Of a DNA stretch of 53,827 bases, positions 1 to 10,364 are shown piece after piece. Both the position numbers and the translations under genes were made by a program. Source of the stretch: Halocafeteria seosinensis. Taxonomy: Eukaryota. The notes under the pieces were generated by a model. That model did not search any database. It saw nothing but the letters and a program-made list of their open reading frames with translations, and was not told the origin of the DNA. The first letter of the stretch is position 1. Every line of letters begins with the position of its first letter. The DNA lies in the NCBI GenBank assembly GCA_001687465.1, contig LVLI01000274.1, positions 1-53,827 on the forward strand, in the 5' to 3' direction.

Positions 1-2
1 TT

Positions 3-3000
3 ACGGTTACCGTCACGGTAGACAAACAGGGGTCGGTACCGAGCCCCAAGAGGGAAGCCATATCCTACGATCCGCCCAGATTACATAGGGTAGCTGATAC
101 TAGTGACGAACGTCCCCGAGATCTGAGTACACAAGGGGGAGAAACTGTGTTCGTGGAAGGAGACAATTTTGGTCCAGGGTTGTATGAAGCCATATCTGTC
201 TTCTATGGGAAACATTTGCAGTACGAAGCCTCCCAGTGTTCTATTAGCCGTGAGCATACTATGATTGAATGCCTCACGGTACCTGGTGTTGGTAAGAACC
301 ATTCCTGGAGGGTGCAAATAGGGAATCAGAGCTCTAACGTATTATTCGACATCAGCAATTATCATCCCCCCGTGGTGGCAACTTATACGCGTCCTAACGC
401 TTCGGTCGTAGGTGTAGTGAGTGATCTTCGCACCGAAGGAGGTGAACTTGTTACTTTGCAGGGGAGACACTTCGGTCCAGAAGGAACAGCGGTAGACTCC
501 GCCGTGTATGGCGAAGGAAACCAAACGTTCGTTGCGGAAAACTGTGATGTCTTAGGCCACAAAGAAATGCAATGTATCACAGCTCCTGGTGCAGGCTCTG
601 CACATTTTTGGACAGTGACCATCGGGAACCAGGAGTCCACATTGTCGACAACGTCCTATGCTCCGCCCATCATCAATGGATTTAAGGGAGTGAATGGTTC
701 CAATCCCAAGCGACTCAAAGTAACCGGTGAAGAGCCCGTCCTTCTGCTAGGAAACAACTTTGGTCCTCCTTCCATGTCCAGCATATTTTTGACGTCTGTC
801 ACTTATGGTCCTCGAGGCCAGGAATACTCAGCTCGTGATTGCGAGGTGATTACGCATGACAATATACTTTGTTATACGACAGAAGGACATGGGCAAAATC
901 ATGTTTGGAAAGTGGAAATAGCTGGACAACTGAGTAGCTTGAGCAAGAGTGTTACCTCATACGCTCCTCCAGAAATCTCCTCTTTGGATCCTCGAAATGG
1001 TTCCACCAGTGGGACGGAAATTACGATTACGGGGACAAACTTTGGAACAAGTATCGTGGGAGCCACGGCGGTAACCGTGTATGCAGATGTTGATGGGATG
1101 TGGAACCGAATGGAAGAACATGATCGTCTCCCGGATATCAGTCGCCTGGAGGAGTTACTGTCATTACAGCAAAACGACCCATCTAGTTGGATCAACAGAG
1201 CTCACAAAGACTTGGGATTTCTTCCAGAGGCAGTGCAAGAGTGGATCAATTCAATACATGCTCTTACGGTACGAATTACTGATATGCGCTGGCTTTCTGA
1301 AGATTTGGAGGCTATTACTCTCCAACTCCCGAGTGGGTTTGGTATCCAGCGCCCGATCTTTCTAAGGGTGGGAGCCACAATGTCACTGCCTGTGTTTTTC
1401 GACTACAAGGCACCATACATAGGCATGGTCTCACCGCGACAACTTCCAGGGGGTAAACTTAAGATAACTGTCACAGGAAATAATTTTTGCGGTGGGCAGT
1501 CCTGTGCAGGAACCTCCTGCTGTGGGCGATTATTTCTCGAAGACGAACTGAAAAGGGTGTCGGATGAACAGTATGACCATACGTCGATCACCATTACCGT
1601 TGATGCGGGGTCTCTTCCTCGTAAAGGTCGGTTTCGTCGGGGAAGTGTGCGCGTTTCAGTGCTAGATCAGCCTATAACTAGTAATTCGTTTACGTTCGAT
1701 AACCCCCCTCCAGATATTCCAACTCAAAAGGGAAAGACTCAGTTAACGGGGTTCAATACGGAGGGGGGCGAAACGTTTACGCTGGTAGATGTTCAAGCCA
1801 TTAATGATCAGCTCTCCGGGGAAGAAGTAACGGTCCTCGTCGGTGGGAAAGAGTGTACGAATGTGACTGTTGAAGGAGAGGAAGTTGTTGAAGGTATACC
1901 GTTTGGTGATATCTCGTGTATTCTCCCTCCCAATATCGGAAAGGATCTACCCGTTAGTGTTTCTATCCAAGGACTTGAAAGCCCACCCCATGGCACAACA
2001 GTTAGTTACGCTAGTCCAGTGATATGTTTCGTCGAGCTCAAAGAGGACGGCATTATTCTTTTCAAGAATGATAAGAAATGTGAGAGGGAGGCGCTCCCCG
2101 ATGAAGACGTACAGGACGAGAGATTTGGGCTTCCAACACAAGGCGGGGCAATCTTGATCCACGGTAGAAATCTTGGCTCCAGTGACTTAAACATTGAAAC
2201 ACTTACACAAATGATAAGTAGTGCGAGTGTGGGACAAGGGGAGATTTTGAGTCACAACCACGATCTTATCGAGCTCGCGTTACCCGAAGGCGCCGGCAAT
2301 GCTGACATTACTCTTCGACTTGCAGACCTTGAGGTATCGTTTGGCATAGGGTTTGCCCCACCAAACCTCGACAGTATCAGAGCAAGAAGTCGGCCTCGAG
2401 GGGTGCCTTCCATGCGGGTACTTGAAGAATTGACTGGAATCCCGACACTTCCTGGGCCTGAGGATATTATTTATTTATCGGGGGAAAACTTTGGTCCTCC
2501 AGGCTCTACCAATATATCAGTGTTCTTCCATGGAAGTGGCGTTTTGGGAGACGGTGAATGTGCTGTAGTATTCAGCAACCACACGGATATTGCGTGTATC
2601 CCGCCGGCAGGACAAGGAGACGGAGTTGATGTTGAGGTCATAGTTGAAGGTCAATCTGATACCGTAGACGATATGGTACAGTATGGGAAAGCTGTCGTCA
2701 CTGATGTGACTCCTTCGTCGGGTCCAACTACGGGTAAGACTAGTGGTGGTTTCCCTGTAAATGTCACTGTGTACGGAGAGAATTTTGGAGTGGAAGGTCA
2801 AGTGGTCCTCGGCACCGCTCAGAAGGCCGCTCCGGTTCAAAACCCCGTGTTCAACCATACTATGGTCTCCTTCCAGCTTCCTGAAGGAGTCGGAGAATCA
2901 CTGACTCTGAGAGTGCTAGTTTCTTACTGGAAGTCACCGGAACAAAGCTACAGCAACACGGGCTCATTTTCTTACAATCCTCCTAAGGTTGATTCCGTCT

Positions 3001-5687
3001 ACCGTCTAACAGACGGGTTGACTGGGCGGAAAGACTGCGACCCTTTTGAACGTTGTACTTCCTTTCAGGGTGAAGAGCAATGTTTCCTAGAATATCCAGA
3101 TTGCTTTCCTACAACAGGCGGAGTACCTATAGAGATTACTGGTGATAATTTTGGTCCTGCATTTGCTGATACACGAGTAGAAGCACGCCTCGGTGGCCGA
3201 TTATGCCCCGCGATAAGCCCGAAAGATCTTCCCAATGACTTTTCTCACCATCACAGTTTCTTTTGCGAGCTTCTTCCAGGGGTAGGATCGAAGCTCCCTG
3301 TTCAAGTCTCTGTTGACGGGCGGAGACCTGTAGAGAACGGCTCGTTTTCCTACGACCCACCACGAATCCGTACGGTAATGCCCAATAATCCTGACGCCCA
3401 AGGAGAGGAGATCGAGATTCGTGGAGCCAATTTCGGACCTGCTGGTGGTACGGTGTCTGTCGGGATCGGAAATCTTACATGTCTGTATAGCGAAGTGCTC
3501 GGACATGAGCGTGTCGTCTGCTCAACACAACGGGATACGGTGGGTCCTAAACGGATAGAGCTGAATGTTGCCCATCGTCAAGTGGTCTTTCCTGCTGGAC
3601 TGGAATACATTGTGACCGAATGCAAACCGGGTTGGTATGGTCTACAAGGTGAATTGTGTGTCGACTGCGAGAAGGAAGAACGCGGCGCCGTTTGTCCTGG
3701 TGGGGAGCGTTTCATCGATCTCGTATATTCTGAAGAAGGATTTTGGCGTCACAATGTCACCACTCCAGAGTCTCGATGTCACGAGCTAAGACAAAGCCGA
3801 GACAGGTGTCCGTTGTTCCTTCCATGTCAACCTTCCTGGGCATGTGCTGGAGAGAATGAATGCTCCGAAGGTTACACAGGATTCCGTTGTAGTGATTGTG
3901 TAGCAGGATCTCATTTCCGTATCAACGGGGTCTGTCAAAAGTGCCCGAATCATGCTTGGCTGCTGGGTGTTGGCTTAATCCTTGCTGCTATGGGGGCATG
4001 TATAGGAGCGTACATTATCAATTCCAAAGGCATTCGGTTGGGTGCATTCACTATTGGAATTGACTACTTTCAAGTACTTGCCCTCTTTGCCCGCACAAGA
4101 GTTCGTTGGCCGACGAGTATGGAACGGCTCTTGCAAGCTTTGTCCTTCTTCAATTTTAATTTGGAATTGGCGGCCCCCGATTGCTACATGAAACCTCCGC
4201 CTCCGTACGAAGTTCGGTGGATGTCTATCATGGTCGTACCGCTCCTGGCTGGCGGGCTACTTGGAGTGGTATATGTTAGTCACTATCTTTACAAGCTATT
4301 AGTTCTCAAAAGACCGGCAGGTCAGCGTCATACGCATGTGAATGCCCTCATCGCGACAATGGTCGTCATAATGTATATCCTCTACGTCTTTCTGACACGA
4401 ATGACTTTGGATGTGTTTAATTGTGCACCCACGGATCCGCCAGACGGGAATCTGTACATGGCCGGTAGAACTGACATCAAGTGTTTCGAAAGTTCTGTCC
4501 ACACGGAGTTACTGTTACCGCTTGGAATCGTTGCACTGTTAGTTTACGTGTTATCACTTCCAGTGGGAGCCATTGTCCTTTTGAGAAGAAACAAGGAAGG
4601 GGTGAAACAGGACCAAATCCTTCGAGCACATAATGTTGGGAACTCTCGTTTCACTAATCCTCAGTATACCTTCCGGAGACGATATCAACGCTTATATCAT
4701 CTCTTCAGACCTGGAAAATGGTACTGGGTACTGGCCATTTTGTTGCGGAAGTTTATGATCGCGTTGACGAGTTTGATGTTTAATTCTTCGCCAGTTTATC
4801 AGCTATCTATGGCTTTGTTAGTAATGTTTACTGCATTTGCCGTGCATGTAAGGCATCAGCCGTACATGAGCAAGCAAGACTTCGAACAAATCGTGAATGA
4901 GCACGCTCGCAAGGTAAAAGAGGGGGATAAACTGCACATGAGGATTCAAAGCACTATCGAAGATACCGAAAGACGGAACATGAAGCGTGCAGTTGTATCC
5001 ACTAAATGGGAATCGCAAAGGCTGAAGCAGGAGGAGGAACGAACAAAATATTTTGCCTCGGAACCCATAATTCGGTTTCTGACGAATTACAACACTGTGG
5101 AATCTGTGCTGCTGGTGTCTGCAGTGCTTGTTAATTTAGCTGGAATCATGTTTCTTTCTTCGCGATTCGAAGGAGAGTCATTGAACTACTATCGCCAAGA
5201 ATACGAGCTGCTGGGAGTACTTAGTGTTGTACTTGTATCACTGAGCGTTGTGTATTTCGCGTTGGTTCTCGGTTACGAGCTGCTTTCAGCATTCAAGCCA
5301 CAACAAGCGGTAAAATGCATTTCGATGATCTCATGTGGCAAGCGAAGAGTGGATATTAGTTCGATGGACGGAAGGAAACGCAGACGGAGTACCTCCGTGG
5401 CCATGGAGAGCGACAATGACTTCCAAACGCAGTCCAATCCCCTCGCTGGGGTCCAAGGCAAGCCCCGAAAGAGTAGCGACGACGGCAAGGAATCGCCTGA
5501 CGATTCGTCCAAAGTACAGTCCCTGGAGAATGAGTTGAAGAGAGCTTATGAACAGATACGGACACTAAAGCGAGACTCTGATCAACCCACGTCATCACTG
5601 TCTGGAATGTACCGCTCCTCTTCCAGACGCCTTGTAAATCAAAAGAAACGTGTGTCTTTCGAACAGACACAGAAAGGCTATACCTAA
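3..5687 (+). CDS. Large IPT/TIG-repeat, Cys-rich, multi-pass membrane receptor-like protein (5'-truncated by window edge)
   Basis: Frame is open from base 3 (TVTVTVDKQG...SYDPP), so the true start lies upstream. About 10 IPT/TIG-like repeats (G-x-N-F-G ... C ... P-x-G-x-G ... SY-x-PP). Cys-rich stalk (CKPGWYG...CSEGYTGFRCSDC...CQKCP), then about 8-10 hydrophobic helices (IDYFQVLALF..., WYWVLAILLRKFMIAL), then a charged coiled-coil tail. No intron in 5.7 kb. Confidence 0.8.
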   Translation, partial: TVTVTVDKQGSVPSPKREAISYDPPRLHRVADTSDERPRDLSTQGGETVFVEGDNFGPGLYEAISVFYGKHLQYEASQCSISREHTMIECLTVPGVGKNHSWRVQIGNQSSNVLFDISNYHPPVVATYTRPNASVVGVVSDLRTEGGELVTLQGRHFGPEGTAVDSAVYGEGNQTFVAENCDVLGHKEMQCITAPGAGSAHFWTVTIGNQESTLSTTSYAPPIINGFKGVNGSNPKRLKVTGEEPVLLLGNNFGPPSMSSIFLTSVTYGPRGQEYSARDCEVITHDNILCYTTEGHGQNHVWKVEIAGQLSSLSKSVTSYAPPEISSLDPRNGSTSGTEITITGTNFGTSIVGATAVTVYADVDGMWNRMEEHDRLPDISRLEELLSLQQNDPSSWINRAHKDLGFLPEAVQEWINSIHALTVRITDMRWLSEDLEAITLQLPSGFGIQRPIFLRVGATMSLPVFFDYKAPYIGMVSPRQLPGGKLKITVTGNNFCGGQSCAGTSCCGRLFLEDELKRVSDEQYDHTSITITVDAGSLPRKGRFRRGSVRVSVLDQPITSNSFTFDNPPPDIPTQKGKTQLTGFNTEGGETFTLVDVQAINDQLSGEEVTVLVGGKECTNVTVEGEEVVEGIPFGDISCILPPNIGKDLPVSVSIQGLESPPHGTTVSYASPVICFVELKEDGIILFKNDKKCEREALPDEDVQDERFGLPTQGGAILIHGRNLGSSDLNIETLTQMISSASVGQGEILSHNHDLIELALPEGAGNADITLRLADLEVSFGIGFAPPNLDSIRARSRPRGVPSMRVLEELTGIPTLPGPEDIIYLSGENFGPPGSTNISVFFHGSGVLGDGECAVVFSNHTDIACIPPAGQGDGVDVEVIVEGQSDTVDDMVQYGKAVVTDVTPSSGPTTGKTSGGFPVNVTVYGENFGVEGQVVLGTAQKAAPVQNPVFNHTMVSFQLPEGVGESLTLRVLVSYWKSPEQSYSNTGSFSYNPPKVDSVYRLTDGLTGRKDCDPFERCTSFQGEEQCFLEYPDCFPTTGGVPIEITGDNFGPAFADTRVEARLGGRLCPAISPKDLPNDFSHHHSFFCELLPGVGSKLPVQVSVDGRRPVENGSFSYDPPRIRTVMPNNPDAQGEEIEIRGANFGPAGGTVSVGIGNLTCLYSEVLGHERVVCSTQRDTVGPKRIELNVAHRQVVFPAGLEYIVTECKPGWYGLQGELCVDCEKEERGAVCPGGERFIDLVYSEEGFWRHNVTTPESRCHELRQSRDRCPLFLPCQPSWACAGENECSEGYTGFRCSDCVAGSHFRINGVCQKCPNHAWLLGVGLILAAMGACIGAYIINSKGIRLGAFTIGIDYFQVLALFARTRVRWPTSMERLLQALSFFNFNLELAAPDCYMKPPPPYEVRWMSIMVVPLLAGGLLGVVYVSHYLYKLLVLKRPAGQRHTHVNALIATMVVIMYILYVFLTRMTLDVFNCAPTDPPDGNLYMAGRTDIKCFESSVHTELLLPLGIVALLVYVLSLPVGAIVLLRRNKEGVKQDQILRAHNVGNSRFTNPQYTFRRRYQRLYHLFRPGKWYWVLAILLRKFMIALTSLMFNSSPVYQLSMALLVMFTAFAVHVRHQPYMSKQDFEQIVNEHARKVKEGDKLHMRIQSTIEDTERRNMKRAVVSTKWESQRLKQEEERTKYFASEPIIRFLTNYNTVESVLLVSAVLVNLAGIMFLSSRFEGESLNYYRQEYELLGVLSVVLVSLSVVYFALVLGYELLSAFKPQQAVKCISMISCGKRRVDISSMDGRKRRRSTSVAMESDNDFQTQSNPLAGVQGKPRKSSDDGKESPDDSSKVQSLENELKRAYEQIRTLKRDSDQPTSSLSGMYRSSSRRLVNQKKRVSFEQTQKGYT

Positions 5688-6314
5688 AGCCAGTATCCGT
5701 TGTAAAGATAAATAACACGGTTTGCGTCACCAGAGTATTGTGTACTCTCACCCTGCGTATGCCATTCAGGTAATGCTAGTGCTTCAAACGGTGAACAAAT
5801 CACTTGCTGCCGGCAGTATTGTAGCAGCGACGCCCACCTCGCTAGTGAAATAAAGTAAATCCATTTCCAAGTCAAGAGTACAGCAAAGCGCAGTCATCCA
5901 AGCATGTCACCGGCTGCGCTCCTGTTCAATGCTCCAGTCTCCCTCGAGTCTGACTAGGTCCCGTAGTCCAAGGGCTCTAGTCTATTCGAGCACGTAAACC
6001 ATTCTTGTGGCATGATTACAGGCGGGAGAACGCAAGTTTATTCAGCTCGTTGTTAGCCTCACTGAGACCCCAAACCGACAATGCCATTGGTTTGTACGGC
6101 TAACGGAACAGCTGGTTACTATCTCCAGCCCAGTTTTTCTACATCCTCACTGATCCAGCGCATGAAGCTTTGTTTTCTTCACAGCATCAACAGCTGCCGT
6201 GTCGTTTTCATTAGAGTGCTAAGACAACAACCAATGGAAATTTATTAGTACGTAGTACATGTGTGCCTGTTTGACCGCTAAACATCTCGCAATTCGCCGC
6301 AGTAGTCTGTAACT

Positions 6315-7630
6315 CATAACTCAGTAGCGCTGACATCGCTCGCAGATTCAGCATCCATTTGAGGAGCGGTCCCTTTGAGTAGAAGCGCTGGTACTGCTGC
6401 TCATAGATTGTTCAGGGGTATCATTCGCGTATCAGAGGTTTCTTCCAGCCGTACTCTATTTGGATGGTGACGGGCTAAATTATCACGATCAAGTTGCCGC
6501 CGCACTAGCTCGGAGGAATTTGTAGAATAGAAAATTGTCCACAAGGACGGTATATCATAAAGAGGTATTCGATCGGCCGTAACCACGACAACAGCCCTTG
6601 ATTTTTCTAACGAAATATTCCCATTCTCTAGATTTACACGTTCTGTGACTAGGATACTTACTATCATCAGAAGTAACAGCGCTAAGTGACCGGTAAAGTG
6701 CGTTTCTTGATAAAAGTGACAGAAGGACCCAAAAAATATCCAACGTAGCCAAATCCCCACATAGAAAAGAGACGCAGGTACACCCAGCAAAGACGACTCT
6801 GTCCTACAAAAGAAGAGCGCAACCATATGCCATGTGAAGGGTAGAAACAGAAAGGCTGGTACAATCCCAGTTCTGCATACTTTGTTGCAAGGCCCGAAAT
6901 CGAGAAGGATACCCACGCCCTCCATTGGCTAGAAGGCAAAATGACCTACTTTAGGTTTATGAGATATCTGCGACACAAGAATCGAAAAGGTAAACGACCG
7001 CCAATACAAGTCAATCATGTCGCATACATACAGCATATCTCAATAAATTTCTACCAACAATTTCTGGGAAGGAAAACAAACATGTATTGTCTTCCATGGG
7101 ACTGCATCGCCATAGTACCGGCCACGTGACTCGCCGGAAACGGATGCCCCGTTGCGTTCTCATCTGTCGTGGCATCTGCGTCGTAGCAAACCAACGGGAC
7201 TCTGTGGAGCCGTCGAACCCGGTATTCGGCTCAAAATCATCGAATCTATCTCTATGTCCTTGCGTAGTCATGAACTTGCGCGGATCTTCATCGCGAGCAC
7301 CAGAACATTCGGAAGGGTCTATGGCACTGGTCAGAGTGCCATTCAACTCCTCGATAACATTATTAAGCAGCAAAACTTGCCTAAAACAATACTATTGGTG
7401 GTGTTTCCTGAGGTCTTTCCCGTCTTCTGGGGCTGTAATGAATAAGTTTCACAGGTACAATTCAGCATGGACAGCCGGAATATCGAAAGGGCCAAGAGTA
7501 GCGTTGAGCAGCAAGAAATACACATACGTTCGCGCTGCGCAGCAAACCCCTGATTTCTCTCGTTGATCATAAAAGGAAAGGAGCCAATGACGCGGCGATG
7601 GACACGGAACAAGCACCCCTCGATATCCAT
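6315..7630 (-). pseudogene. Degraded paralog of the membralin-like gene
   Basis: Compared with copy B it has a 1-bp deletion near 7430 (ggggctg vs gggcgctg) causing a frameshift, a ~565-bp internal deletion near 6945, an in-frame TAG at 6929-6931 where copy B has TTG, and smaller in-frame deletions. The intron (GTATGT...CGCAG) is retained. Confidence 0.8.
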
Positions 7631-7942
7631 CGCTACACACTATTTTCCCCGGATCCGTTCCACTCACATATATCTACAGATCTTGAGGGTCACGTGATTA
7701 CTGGGGTACTATGCCCTGAGGGCGGCGTCGTTTTAACCACTTCCATCGTGGATGGGAATAATTGAACACATTATTAGGGTTTCCCCGAGTTAGCCAAAGC
7801 GCTCTAGTCGCTTCGAGTATGAAAATCACTCTTGAAGCTGTTAGCCACACTGTAGAGCCCCAACTACTACTAACTCAGGTTCATCTTAGAACTCCCGTAT
7901 GATCGCTAAACATCTTGACGACTTGCCAGACTAGTTCGTCAC

Positions 7943-9902
7943 TCATAACTCATTAGAGGAACCCCTTAACCCACTCGTAGATTCACCATCCATTCGGGGA
8001 GCAGTTCCAGTGGCATTCGGTTGACGAGAAGAGTCAGCACTGCTGTTATTTGTAGCTCGTTCAGGGGTATCGTTCGTCGTATTAGAGGCTTCTTCCGGTT
8101 GAACTCTATTTGGATGCTGACGTACGGAATTCTCACGATCAAGTTGCCGCCGTATTAGCTCTGAAGAATTTGTGAAGTAGAAAATTGTCCATAAAGACGG
8201 TATATCATAAAGAGGCATTCGACCGGCCGTAACCACGAAAGCAGCCCTTGGTTTTTCTAATGAAATATCTCCGTTCTCTAGACTGGTGCGCTCTTTGACG
8301 AGGGAAACTGTTACCATAACAAGCAATAGTACTAAGTAGGCGGTAAAAAGCGCTTCTTGGTAAAAGTCACAAAAGGACCCAAAGAATATCCAATGTAGCC
8401 AAAGCCACGCGTAGAAAAGAGACGCAGGTAAAACCAGCAAAGACGACTCTGTCCTACAAAAGAACAGGGCAAGCATATGCCATGTGAAAAGCAGAAATAG
8501 AAACGATGGTACCATCCCTGTTCCGCATACTTTATTGTAAGGCCCGAAATCGAGAAGGATGCCCACACCCTCCATTGTCAAAAAGGCAAATATGACCATT
8601 GCTATATGGGAAACGTGGAGACAAGTCTCTTGAAAACCACTGTGGCTCGCTCTGCGCTGGTAACCTATCCAGGGGAGTACTTCATCAATATCCCTGTGCA
8701 CACCCTCTGATAAGTCTGGAGATGGTTGGGAGCAACAGGGGCGACGATCTCTTCTACATCGGCAAATGAAGTGCTCACATCGGCTGGCTCCTTTCCAAAT
8801 ACCCACCACTACTGACACCATCGGATAGATGATTATCACACCGTGCGTTATCAGGAGCCGTGTGAAAATGGCCATTATCCCGTCCATTATAAAGTATAGA
8901 ATTATAGACAATATTACCACCCCAAACCTGAAAATAATTCCCATATCATCATGCCGCCTTATATCAATGTAGTAGTCTAAATCTTCGGGCTGCCATTTGT
9001 CATAGACCCCTAAACGAATATCCCGTAGCATACCGCCTCCATTGAAGCGGGAAGGAACCGTTTTCCCTGGTATCACCGTATAATTTTGCTCCGCAGCTGC
9101 TTGTTTGATTTTGTCCCGCGTATCAGATGATATTGGTAGGAACGTCCATGCCAACGCGTTCGCTACTACGGGTTTATGAGAAATCTGCGGCATAAGTATC
9201 GAAAAGGTAAACGACCGCCAATACAAGTCAATCATGTCGCATACATACAGCGTATCTCAGTAAACCTCTACCAACGGTTTCTGGGGAGGAAAACAAGCAT
9301 GTATTGTCTTCCATGGGACTGCATCGCCATAGTACCGGCCACGTGACTCGCCGGACACGGATGCCCCGTTGCGTTCTCATCTGTCGTGGCATCTCTAGGA
9401 CGGACTGCGTCGTAGCAAACTCCCAACGGGACTCTGTGAAGCCGTCGAACCCGGTATTCGGCTCAAAATCATCGAATCTATCTCTATGTCCTTGTGTAGT
9501 GTCATTATGGACGAAGTTGAGCGGATCTTCGTCGCTGACCAGGAACTTGATTTGGAGTACCAGATCATTCGGAAGGAATGTTTTCGGTTCGGAAGAGTCT
9601 ATGGCACTGGTCAGAGTGCCATTCAACTCCTGGATAACATTATTAAGCAGCAAAACTTGCCTAAAACAATTTTTTTGGTGGTGTTTCCTGAGGTCTTGCC
9701 CGTCTTCTGGGCGCTGTAATAAATAAGTTTCACGGGTACAATTCAGCATGGACAGCCAGAAGATCATGAGGCACACCAATAGCGACAAACAGACGGAAAC
9801 ACACGTTCGTTTACGCTGTGCAGCACGTCCATCGTTGGCAATAAGAGGAAAGGAGCCAACAACGCGGCGATGGACCCGGAACAAGAACCTTTCGATATCC
9901 AT
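7943..9902 (-). CDS. Membralin (TMEM259)-like ER membrane protein; exons 9902-9249 and 9184-7943, ~631 aa
   Basis: A 64-nt GTATGT...CCGCAG intron (9185-9248) joins ORFs 9228-9905 and 7943-9235 in frame (LLRYA|ISHKPVVANAL). Motifs resembling membralin: N-terminal MDIERFLFRVHRRV plus a TM helix, WEFA...LEMPRQMRTQRGIRVRRVT...C, FRFGVVILSIILYF, and CRTESSLLVLP...LHWIFFG...LENGDISLEKPR. Divergent. Confidence 0.65.
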
Positions 9903-10364
9903 CACTCCACACGATTTTCCCTAGGGTCGGTTCCTCTCACATATATCTACACACAAATACCTAGTATTCTCGCCAAAGTAACCATGCAAATTCATTTCCT
10001 TACACTATTAATCAAGGTGAATGGAATACTTCACCCCAACTTCAACTTCGAGGACTTGTGAAAAAAACACGCTTCCCACTGGGAAGTTCCCAGCCCACGC
10101 TTCGCCATGGGGGCACGAGGTTAAGACCCAGAAAACAAGGTGTATTTTGAGGGTCACACGATAACTGAGTTACTTCGCCCTGGGATCGATGTCGCTTTAA
10201 CCCACTCCACTCCGCCCAGCGAATGGGAATAATTGATGATACAAGTTCATTGCGTTTCAGAGGTTCAGTTCACGAAAGATGAACTCGCCTGGTTCTCTGG
10301 GTAGTGTGGCTGTTTATATCGAAGTACATTATTTTACTGGAGGAAACCCACTACTATTGGCCTA

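Larger units (their letters stand above)
5975..10240. repeat. Tandem segmental duplication: copy A ~5975-7770, copy B ~7800-10240
   Basis: Long near-identical blocks, e.g. 7081-7160 vs 9298-9385 and 6480-6925 vs 8133-8577. Flanks also match: 5975 gctctagtctattcgag vs 7801 gctctagtcgcttcgag, and 7683 ttgagggtcac...atgggaataattga vs 10147 ttgagggtcac...atgggaataattga. Boundaries are approximate. Confidence 0.9.

Noticed and set aside
9185..9248. Apparent programmed frameshift or overlapping ORFs (9228-9905 and 7943-9235), shared by both duplicate copies
   Set aside because: Fully explained by a canonical 64-nt GTATGT...CAG intron.
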